Positions 35,860 through 44,900 of a stretch of DNA of 64,000 nucleotides are shown here, piece by piece. The position numbers and the translations under genes were made by a program. The notes under the pieces are model-generated. The model searched no databases. It saw only the letters and a program-made list of their open reading frames with translations, and was not told the origin of the DNA. How positions within the stretch are numbered: position 1 is the first letter of the stretch; each line of letters opens with the position of its first letter. Origin of the DNA: a virus; the IMG/VR virus record IMGVR_UViG_3300050821_007696, positions 1 to 64,000 of that record; one strand, written 5' to 3'.

Positions 35860-36245
35860 TGGCTGTCTCCGTCGAGGTCAACCTTGACCCGGTGGCGATC
35901 GACTGGCTGCTGAACAACCCCGACGGGCCGGTCGGCGCGGTCATCGAGGAGCTGTCGGTCAAGGCAGCGGCAATCGCCAAAGCCGCCGCGCCCGTTATCA
36001 CCCCCGGCCACTTCTCGCACTGGGGCCGCCAGTTCGACCCGAGGTACCAGTACGGCAGCCGCCCCGGGTCGACCAGGGCCAGTGTCCGCCCGTCCGGGTT
36101 CCGGTTCAACGCGCTCGGCCAGATGTACTCCGGCGTCAACGTCAACTACGGGTCGACCCTGTTCCTTGAGCAGGGCGGCGGACGGTACGGGCGCGCGGAA
36201 CTGCACCCGTTCATGTCTGTCGCGCTTGACACCGTGGAGCTGTAG
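35859..36245 (+). CDS. probable neck/tail-completion protein (HK97 gp10-like)
   Basis: LLNNPDGPV...FLEQG...HPFM. Confidence 0.65.
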   Translation: MAVSVEVNLDPVAIDWLLNNPDGPVGAVIEELSVKAAAIAKAAAPVITPGHFSHWGRQFDPRYQYGSRPGSTRASVRPSGFRFNALGQMYSGVNVNYGSTLFLEQGGGRYGRAELHPFMSVALDTVEL

Positions 36246-36325
36246 CAGCGCTGCCGGGCGTTCGCCAATTGGCATTCGTGCTTACATTGGCCCGGCGGCG
36301 CTGTCTCATGCAGCACCAGTCCCCG

Positions 36326-36399
36326 TAGTGTTTGTTCCGAACGCCGCGGCCTGACCTCAGGAGCCGGTCCGATCCAGCTTTTGAGGAGATGGCGGCGGC
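36326..36399 (+). promoter_or_regulatory. -10 box plus late-gene leader motif (tape measure)
   Basis: TAGTGT...GCC-GC-GGCC-TGACCTCA-GGAGCC; GCCG...CGGC closes a hairpin over the SD. Confidence 0.75.
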
Positions 36400-39300
36400 G
36401 TGGCGAGGCTAATCGGGGACGCGTACATCGTCATCTATCCCCAGGGCGACCAGTTCGGTCCCCAAGCTGAGGCGATCGTCAAGAAGGGCCTCGCCGCGAT
36501 CCGGCCGACGGTGCCGGTCAGGCCGCAGCTGGACAAGGCCGCCGCCGCCGCGGTCGAGGCGCAGCTGAAGGCCCTGACCGACGACGTTCCCATTTCCGCG
36601 CACCTTGACCCGGCTGCCGCCGCCAAGATCGAGGCGCAGCTGAAGAGCTTCGCCGGCAACGCGCTGAACCTCGACGTCAACCTCAGCAACCTGGCGGCAC
36701 TGCGGGCGGCCACGGAGACGTACTTCCGCGGCATCCCGCTAGGTTTCGGCATCGACCCGGCGCAGCTCGCCGCCATCAAGACGAGCATCGACGCCTTCAT
36801 GAAGAGCGGCATCGGGACCGCCAACGTCCCGGTAGCGATCAGCCCCGCGCAGCTCGCGGCGATGAAAGCCACGCTCAACGCCTACATGAAGAGCGGCATC
36901 GGGACCGTCAGCGTTCCGGTGAGCTTCAACGCGGTGCAGATCGCCGCGATGGCACAGGCACTGAAGACGTACCTGGCGGCCCCGGTCCCGGTGAACGTGA
37001 GCACGGCCGGGGCGATGGCGAAGGTCACCGCCCTGGCGGCGTACACCAAGGCGGCGCTGGGCAGCGGCCTGTCCGTCGGCCTTAACTTCGGCGCCGCCAT
37101 CGGGCAGGCGCTGACGCTCCAGGCGGTGCTGTCCAGTCTCCAGGCGACGTGGGGCAAGCTGGGCAACACCACGGCGGCGACGGCGGCCCTCGCGACGGCG
37201 GCCATGCTGAAGACCAGTGCCTCGTTCATCAACATGAGCACGGCCGGCGGCGGCGCGTTCGGGTTCCTCAGCGCCCAGATCACCCTGTTCGCCGGGGTGT
37301 TCAACAAGATCCTGCCCAAGGTGCTGTCCAGCGTGTCCGTGTGGCACCTGGCCGCCGACTGGGTCGTCGAGTTCGGGGCCGTCTTCATCCCGGCGACCCT
37401 CGCCATAACCGCATTCGGCATTGCGGTTGCCCCGGTCCTGCTAGACGCCAAGAACCGGCTCCAGGCCATGTCCCAGGCCGCGTCTGCGCTCGGTGTCTCC
37501 ATCGGCATCTTCAACTACAACGCCAAGGGCGCCGTCGGCCCGATGCAGCAGCTGCAGAACGCGCTCCAGCCGGCCGTCTGGGAGGTGACCGGCGACGCCA
37601 TCAAGGTGATGACGGCGAACACCGGAGGCTTCCAGGCGATCGTCAGGTCGGTCACTACCGTGGTGGAGAACCTGGCCGCCCGGATGACTGCTGCGTTCAG
37701 CTCCCCCGGTGCCAGCCAGGTCATGAAGAACGGCGCCCTTGACTTCCAGCGGTTCGGCACCATCATCGGCAACCTCGGCGGCGCACTGGGGAACTTCATC
37801 AAGGACGTCCCCGGCTACGCGGAGATCATCCAGGAACTGTTCGTCAAGATCTCCGCCGGGATCGAGGCGTTCACCGCGGTGGCCGGGCCGGTCATCAAGG
37901 CCGGGCTCGCCCTGCACGGGTTCTTCCTTTACACCGGCCTCGCCGTGACCGCCGGCGTCGCGCTGATCGGCATGCTGGCCCGCGGCGCGACCGCGCTGTT
38001 CACCTTCGCCGCCGGAGCGGTCGACTTCGAGACCGTCGCCATGAGCCTCGGGGCCTCGATTGAGGCGCTGCGCCTGTCGATGATCAGCTTCGGCAAGTCG
38101 ATGGGCGCGCTGCTGATCAACCCGTACGTGCTGGCGATCGCCGCTCTCGGTCTCGCCATCTACGACACCGTCAGCTACTGGAACGCGGCGTCGGCGTCGG
38201 TCAGCAAGTTCACCACCAACCTGGTGACGTCGATCGACGCGATGAAGGGCGGCGACGCCCTCCAGGCGATCCCCGACGCGATCGGGCAGATTACCGACCA
38301 GCTGAAGATCGCCGCCTCGTCGCAGGCGTTCTCGGATATCCAGAAGAACTTCTTCAATCTGGGTAACACCGGCAACGCGTTCGCAAAGGAAACCCAGGTC
38401 CAGCTCCAGCAGGTCGGCGAGGCGTTCAAGTCGCTGGGCAGCGGCCCGATCGGCGGCGAGTTGCAAGGGTTCTTCAGCCACATGGGCGCGGCGATCAAGG
38501 ACATCTTCTCGCCTGCCGCCGCCGAGGAGCAGCAGCAGGTCTCCAACACCAAGAACCTCCAGTCGGCGTTCCAGCAGCTGACCAGCCAGCAGCAGAACCT
38601 GCTGACCGTCACCGGCGACCTGATGACCGGGCAGAAGCTCGGCAATACGGCAACGTTCACCTGGGCGCAGTCGCTCGGCATCCTCGACGCGGCCGGGGTC
38701 CAGGCGAGCGACAGCCTCCAGCTGATGGAGACGAAGGTCGAGGGCTTCCTGGCCGGCTGGTCGCAGTTCGGGCTGAACGCCTCCCAGATCGGCAACGCGG
38801 TCAACGCGCTGTCACTCCAGACGGAGATGGGCCAGACGTCGGTTTCCAAGCTGACCAGCGCCTACTCGAATTTCATCTCCACGGTGACCGGCGGTGAGTC
38901 TGCGTTCACCACCTTCGGCGAGGGCCTGAGCACTCTTAACCAGGCGTTCAGCTCGGCGGGCGCGAGCGGCGTGACGTTCAGCGACTCTCTCGGCAAGTTC
39001 AGCGTCAAGGGCACGGCTGCGGGCGCGTCGATGAACGGCCTGACGCAGGCGTCGCTGAATGCCCGCGGCGCGTTCGCGACCGAGGTGACCAATGCGACCG
39101 GGCTGTACAACTCGCTGCTGACCCTGTCGTCGGTGTCCGCGGCCGGCGCCCAGGGGCAGAACCTGCTCGCGCAGGCAGGCAAGGACATGGTCGCGGTGCT
39201 GCTCCCGCTGGCCAAGGGCAGCCAGACGGCGATGGCCGAGGTGTCCGCGCTGGCGCAGCTGGCGGGCGGCCCTGCGACTACCTCGTTCCAGGCGCTGAGC

Positions 39301-41415
39301 AAGTGGGTCGGCAATACCAAGAACCCGATGCAGGACCTCAACAAGATCGAGCAGCAGCTGACCGTCGCGTCTTCCAACCTGCTGAAGGACACGCAGAACC
39401 TGGCCGGGGCGATGGGGCAGACGCTGACCACCGCGATTGCCGGGGCGGTCTTCGCCGCGGAGAAGGGACCGCAGGCACTGCAGACGCTTGCTAACGCGAT
39501 GGCCGCGCTCGCTAACGGCAAGGGCTCGGTGACCGGCGTCGAGCAGGCGCTCCAGGCGACCATCCCGGCGCTGGTGCTGATGACGGGCAGCAGCAAGAAC
39601 GCCGAGGCCGAGTTCCTGGCGATGGCCGGGTCGATGCACATCAGCCAGAAGGAGGCGACGGCGCTGTGGAACGCCGTCATGCCCGGGGCGAACTCGCTGG
39701 CGCAGATCACCAAGGCGTCGCAGGCGCTGACCAATGCGACCAATGCGAACTTCACCGCGTTCTCGCACCTTCCCGGCGCCCTGTCCATCAGCACCGCCGG
39801 GTACGCCCAGGTGTGGGCGGCGATCCTCAAGACGGACGCCGGCCTGGTCAACAACCAGGGGTACACGAACGGCGCTAAGAACGCGTTCATCAGCTTCGCG
39901 GTGAACGGCCTGAAGTTCACCGCGGGCGAGGCGACCCGGCTGTGGCAGACGAACCAGGCGCAGAACCTCGTTTCGCTGGCCGGCAAGGCGGGGACCACGG
40001 AAAGCGCTTTCGTCGCCCTGGCCAAGAGCGGCCTCGGGCTGACCACGACGGGCGCGCAGCAGCTGTGGGCGACGCTGCGGCTGCAGTACCTTGACACCCT
40101 GGTCGCCAAGGGCAAGGGCGCGGAAAGCCAGTTCATCGCACTGGCCAAGTCCGGCCTGGACCTGACTACCAGCGCTGCGCAGTCGCTGTGGAACACGATG
40201 CGCAACCAGTACCTGGACACCCTGGGCAGCAAGGCGAACATCACCACCGGCCAGTTCGTCGCGCTGGCCAAGCAGCTCGGCGTGTCGCAGACCGCAGCCA
40301 TCAACCTGTGGCTGTCGCTCCAGAAGCTGCCGCCGGTGGTGAAGGTCGCCGTGGACGAGACGATCGCCGGCGGCGGCAAGATCGTCGTGCAGGGCAACAT
40401 CGTCGCCAACCAGTCGACGGGCATCGCGACCTCGACGATCACCGGCGAGCAGACGTTCAACGGTTACGCCTACGCGGCGGGCGGCGTCGTCCCGGCCGGC
40501 GGCGGCCCGGCGGGCAGGGACAGCAGGCTGGCGATGGTCGCGCCCGGCGAGCTGATCATCCCGACGGCGCACGCGCCCAAGTTCAGCGACATGGCCAGGC
40601 GGTCGGGCATCCCCGGTTTCGCGGCGGGCGGCGTAGTCGGGCAGAGCGACGCTGTGGCGGCGATGAACGCGGCGATCCTGCCCAGCGCCAGCAAGACCAG
40701 CGCCACGATCGTCGGGATGGCGGGCGAGGCGCTGGTCTCGGCGATGGCGGCGCAGCTCAAGACCATCGCTGCGGCGACGGCCGCGATTTCGCTGGCCGGG
40801 GTGTCCAACGCCTCCTCGATGGCGGCGCTTCAGTCGGCCGCGGCGAAGGCCGGGTGGACGGGTGCGCAGTGGACGGCGCTGTTCAATGTCGAGATGCGCG
40901 AGGCCGGGTTCTCGACGACCGCGCAGAACCCGAGCAGCGGCGCCTACGGCATGGCCCAGTTCATTAACGGCCCGAGCGAGTACGCCCTGTACGGGGGCAA
41001 CAGCACCACCGCTGCCGGGCAGGCCGTGGCGATGGTCAACTACATCAAGTCAAGGTACGGGACGCCGTCCGCTGCATGGGCGCACGAGCAGGCGTTCGGC
41101 TGGTACAACCAGGGCGGCGTCGTCCCGCATTCAGCCGGCGGCATGGTCAGCGAGCCGGTGTTCGGCTACGGCAAGTTCTCCGGCATGCCCTACTCGTTCG
41201 CCGAGCGCGGTCCCGAGCAGGTCATTCCCGGCGGCGCGGCCAGCGTGCAGAACCAGCAGCTGCCCGGCATGACTACGTACCAGGCGAACACGCTGATCAG
41301 CCTGATGCAGCAGCAGAACAAGCTCCTGGCCCAGATGCCGTACTCGCAGGCACAGGCCATCAACCAGGCGAACGCCGCCGGAGTCAGGCGCGGGTACTTC
41401 GCGACGAGCGGATGA
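36400..41415 (+). CDS. tape measure protein with C-terminal lytic transglycosylase domain
   Basis: 1671 aa, helical and Ala-rich; IGDAYIVI start; MREAGF..TAQNPSSGAYGMAQF...YIKSRYG. Confidence 0.93.
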   Translation: MARLIGDAYIVIYPQGDQFGPQAEAIVKKGLAAIRPTVPVRPQLDKAAAAAVEAQLKALTDDVPISAHLDPAAAAKIEAQLKSFAGNALNLDVNLSNLAALRAATETYFRGIPLGFGIDPAQLAAIKTSIDAFMKSGIGTANVPVAISPAQLAAMKATLNAYMKSGIGTVSVPVSFNAVQIAAMAQALKTYLAAPVPVNVSTAGAMAKVTALAAYTKAALGSGLSVGLNFGAAIGQALTLQAVLSSLQATWGKLGNTTAATAALATAAMLKTSASFINMSTAGGGAFGFLSAQITLFAGVFNKILPKVLSSVSVWHLAADWVVEFGAVFIPATLAITAFGIAVAPVLLDAKNRLQAMSQAASALGVSIGIFNYNAKGAVGPMQQLQNALQPAVWEVTGDAIKVMTANTGGFQAIVRSVTTVVENLAARMTAAFSSPGASQVMKNGALDFQRFGTIIGNLGGALGNFIKDVPGYAEIIQELFVKISAGIEAFTAVAGPVIKAGLALHGFFLYTGLAVTAGVALIGMLARGATALFTFAAGAVDFETVAMSLGASIEALRLSMISFGKSMGALLINPYVLAIAALGLAIYDTVSYWNAASASVSKFTTNLVTSIDAMKGGDALQAIPDAIGQITDQLKIAASSQAFSDIQKNFFNLGNTGNAFAKETQVQLQQVGEAFKSLGSGPIGGELQGFFSHMGAAIKDIFSPAAAEEQQQVSNTKNLQSAFQQLTSQQQNLLTVTGDLMTGQKLGNTATFTWAQSLGILDAAGVQASDSLQLMETKVEGFLAGWSQFGLNASQIGNAVNALSLQTEMGQTSVSKLTSAYSNFISTVTGGESAFTTFGEGLSTLNQAFSSAGASGVTFSDSLGKFSVKGTAAGASMNGLTQASLNARGAFATEVTNATGLYNSLLTLSSVSAAGAQGQNLLAQAGKDMVAVLLPLAKGSQTAMAEVSALAQLAGGPATTSFQALSKWVGNTKNPMQDLNKIEQQLTVASSNLLKDTQNLAGAMGQTLTTAIAGAVFAAEKGPQALQTLANAMAALANGKGSVTGVEQALQATIPALVLMTGSSKNAEAEFLAMAGSMHISQKEATALWNAVMPGANSLAQITKASQALTNATNANFTAFSHLPGALSISTAGYAQVWAAILKTDAGLVNNQGYTNGAKNAFISFAVNGLKFTAGEATRLWQTNQAQNLVSLAGKAGTTESAFVALAKSGLGLTTTGAQQLWATLRLQYLDTLVAKGKGAESQFIALAKSGLDLTTSAAQSLWNTMRNQYLDTLGSKANITTGQFVALAKQLGVSQTAAINLWLSLQKLPPVVKVAVDETIAGGGKIVVQGNIVANQSTGIATSTITGEQTFNGYAYAAGGVVPAGGGPAGRDSRLAMVAPGELIIPTAHAPKFSDMARRSGIPGFAAGGVVGQSDAVAAMNAAILPSASKTSATIVGMAGEALVSAMAAQLKTIAAATAAISLAGVSNASSMAALQSAAAKAGWTGAQWTALFNVEMREAGFSTTAQNPSSGAYGMAQFINGPSEYALYGGNSTTAAGQAVAMVNYIKSRYGTPSAAWAHEQAFGWYNQGGVVPHSAGGMVSEPVFGYGKFSGMPYSFAERGPEQVIPGGAASVQNQQLPGMTTYQANTLISLMQQQNKLLAQMPYSQAQAINQANAAGVRRGYFATSG

Positions 41416-41493
41416 CCGCTGCGGGCGTATCCGTTGTAGGTTGCGTGAGTATTGTGGCCCGCGTGACAGCCAGCGTGACTGTAGTATATGTGT

Positions 41494-41565
41494 GCGCCCG
41501 TAGCTCAGCGGATAGAGCACCTGCCTACGGAGCAGATGGCGAGGGTTCGAGTCCCTCCGGGCGCA
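41494..41565 (+). tRNA. tRNA-Arg(ACG)
   Basis: full cloverleaf GCGCCCG/CGGGCGC; anticodon loop CTACGGA. Confidence 0.93.
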
Positions 41566-41566
41566 C

Positions 41567-41639
41567 GTGCCTGTAGCTCAGGCGGGAGAGCGGTCCCCTG
41601 AAAAGGGACAGGGCGGCGGTCCGATTCCGTCCGGGCACA
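41567..41639 (+). tRNA. tRNA-Phe(GAA)
   Basis: cloverleaf GTGCCTG/CGGGCAC; loop CTGAAAA; variant T-loop TCCGATT. Confidence 0.88.
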
Positions 41640-41643
41640 CGGC

Positions 41644-41661
41644 CAGTGCCAGCTGGCACTA
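41644..41661 (-). repeat. 18-bp element, copy 4
   Basis: exact copy on the minus strand. Confidence 0.95.
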
Positions 41662-41856
41662 CGGTTCCGGGCGGCACCCGCAGCCGGGCACCTGGTAGCC
41701 GTCATCCGGCGCCGACGGCTCGGCCGATACGTACATGACGCTGACGGTGCCGCGCGGGCAGCGGTGCTGCACCAGGGGGGATGCCGTCGCGTTCTCCTGC
41801 ACTCGTGAACTGCAGGCGGCGGCAGAGTGGGTTCCGTCTCCAAAGATGGCCCGCAC
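41659..41856 (-). CDS. possible small protein (start uncertain)
   Basis: ORF whose TAG stop lies in the 18-bp element; HRC...CGC. Confidence 0.3.
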   Translation of the reverse strand: MRAIFGDGTHSAAACSSRVQENATASPLVQHRCPRGTVSVMYVSAEPSAPDDGYQVPGCGCRPEP

Positions 41857-41969
41857 AGCGGTAACCCGTGTAACTCCTGAGTAGCGGCGCGTATTCCGCC
41901 GGGATAGAGTCCTGACAAGGAGCGCCCAGTACTCGCTGAGCTGGCCTGAAGTACCGACACGGAGGACGT

Positions 41970-44900
41970 GTGCCGGCCTACTCAGGCTCTGCTTTCCCGT
42001 ACTGGATGACGATCGCCGGCAACGGCTCTGTCGCCAACCCCGGGGCGGTGTCCGAGAATATCCCGGTCACGGTCGGTACCAGCTACACGCTCACCGCGGA
42101 CGCGTCGTTCTCCGGGTTCTTCGCCGGCGGCATGAAGCTGACGCTGACCTGGTTCCAGTCGAACGGCACGCAGATCAGCCAGGTCACCGCGACCAGCGGC
42201 GCGATGTCACCGAACCAGATCGTCTCCCTGTCGACCACCCCGACGGCGGCCCCTGCTACCGCGGCCTACGCGGTCGCCACGGTCGCTGCCGCCGGGCTGC
42301 CCGGGGCTTCGAACGTGCTGTCGGTGTACGCGGCCTCGGTTGCCCCGCAGGGCAGTGTCAGCATCAACGTCAACTACGCCTTCACCTGGACTTTCTGGCC
42401 GTGGACGGCGGTCAATAGCGCGTCGCTTGGCTGGCAGGCGAGCCAGTTCCTGCCGCAGAACTCCGACTCCCTGGTCCTGGCGCAGACGATCGAGCTGATG
42501 GGCGGCGCGGGCGGCGTGCCCTGCCAGGCGGTCCCGTCCCTGCTCGACTCCAACGGCACGGGACCGCGGTTCCGGGTGCTGGCGCCGCCGTCGATGAACA
42601 GCGCGGCCTACGGGTACGAGGGCAGCTACGACTTGAACGCGCCGCAGCCGACCCAGGACGTCGTGGCGTCGATGCTGCTCGACGGCGAGCGGCCTTTCGG
42701 GACAAGAGCGGCAAACCGGACGATGACTATCCCGGTCATTATCTTCGGCACGCTCGCCGGCGGCATGCGCCAGGTGCTGGCCGCCCGCGAGTACCTCATG
42801 AGCCTGATCGACCGGCAGACCTGGCAGATCACCTGGACGCCGGCCGATACCGGCAAGCCGCTGATCTACGACTGCTTCCGCGCGCTGCCGTCCGTCCCGG
42901 TGTACGGCTTCAACTACAGCGCAGGCGGCAGCGCGTCGGGCTCCGCGGTTGGACGGCCTAACTACCCGGTCGCCCTGATCACCTTGTCGATCCAGGCGCT
43001 GCCCTACGGCCGGTCCGACATCGACGGCATCCAGTCACTGCCGTTCTCCAACAGCCTGCTCAGCTCCCCCGTGCCTCCCGGCTCGGTCAGCATCGACACC
43101 TTTTCCTCGGTGACCGGCGGCCAGGGCTGGGTGCAGGACAGCACCAAGTTCGTCCAGGGCGGCACCGCGTCCATCCGCTACGACGCGCCCGTGCCTGTTG
43201 CCAGTCCCTACCCGGCGGCCGTCTACTCCCGCACCCTGGGCGCGGCGGCGAGCATCATCGGGCTGCCCGCCCTGTCGGTGTGGCTCGGGCAGGCGTACGA
43301 CACGCAGTGGCCCGCGTCCCCGTCGTTCGCCTCCAACGTCACCCTCGCCTGGACGCTGACCGACGGGCTCGGCCGCACCCTGTCGTTCTCTAAGACGCAG
43401 AACGCCGCCGCCTGGGGCGCCACCCCGTCCACGCCCAAGTGGACCCTGGTCACCGCCGCGATCCCGCAGGGCACGGCGAACTTCTCCTACGGCGACGTCA
43501 CCGCCTACAGCGTGCGCGTCACCAACTGGGCCGGCTCGGGCACCACCGGCCTGGTGCGGATGCACGCCTGGCTCAACGACCTGGTCGCCAACCCGCAGAC
43601 CGTCGCCAACCAGGCGTCCCCGCGCGGCACGCTGTACAACCTGTTCTCACTGCCCGGCAGCGCCCGCGCCCCGGTCAACGTGCAGGCGCAGCTGCCCGCC
43701 ACCGCCCCGGTCACCCAGGAGATCACCACCCCGTCCTCGGGTACCTGGATCGTCCCGCCCGCCGTCTACCAGCTGCAGGGCGAGTGCTGGGGCGCAGGCG
43801 GCGCGGGCGCAACCGTCAACCAGTCCCGGCCGACCGCGGGCGGCGGCGGGGGCGGCGGCGAGTACGCAGCCGAGCCTGTCCTGAACGTGCTGCCCGGCAT
43901 GCAGGTGCCCTACAGCCTCGGCGCCGGCGGCACCCCGTCGCAGATCCAGCAGACGGTCATCGACCAGACGGTACCCGGCCTGCACAGCTGGCTCTGCCCG
44001 GCGAACGTCACCAGCGCCCTGGTGGAGTGTTGGGGCGGCGGCGCAGCGGGAGCCGCGGGAGCAGGCGGTGGCGGGGCCGGCGGTTACGCCTCGGCGAACA
44101 TCAGCGTAATCCCCGGCACGTCCTACCTGCTGTCCGTCGGGGCCGGCGGCCAGGCCAACACCGGCACCACCTCAGCGGACAACGCGGCCCGCAACGGCGG
44201 CTCTACCTGGTTCGGCGGTCCCGGCACGACGGGTACCGGCAACGCGCTGATCGTCGCGACCGGCGGCATCTCGCCGCAGACCGGCACCGCAGGCGGCGGC
44301 ACCGGCGGCACCGGCGCGGTATCCGGCCTCGGCATCGCCGACGGCACCTTCGAGAGCGGCGTCAGCCAGTGGACCCCGGTGAATGCCGCCGTCGTGCGGT
44401 CCTCGGCGCAGGCGCACAGCGGCACCTACAGCGCGCAGGTCACCGTGTCGGGTTCCCCGGCGTCGGCGTCCCTGCAAGACGGCATTTCCTACATGGTCTC
44501 GGTCAGCCCCGGCGTGCAGTACACCACCACCCTGTGGGTGTACACCGCGACGGCCGGGCAGACGATGCACGCGTCGGTCTTCTGGTACGACAAGAACTTC
44601 AACCCCCTGTCCACCTCCGCGGCCAGCGGCACCGGGATCAGCGCGAGCACCTGGACCCTGCTGAGCGAGACCGCCACGGCGCCGGCCGGGGCCGTGTACG
44701 CCGCGTACGGCCCGGTGGTCACGTCGCCTGCTGCGAACCTGGTGTTCTACACCGACGACGTGTTCCTGAACTACGCCGTCACCACGACCTACCCCGGCGG
44801 CAACGGCGGCCACGCTCCCGGCGGGGGCGGCGGCGGAGGCGGCGGCTGCGGCGACCATACAGGCCGCGGCCATCACGGGCACCCCCCGGCGTCCAACGGG

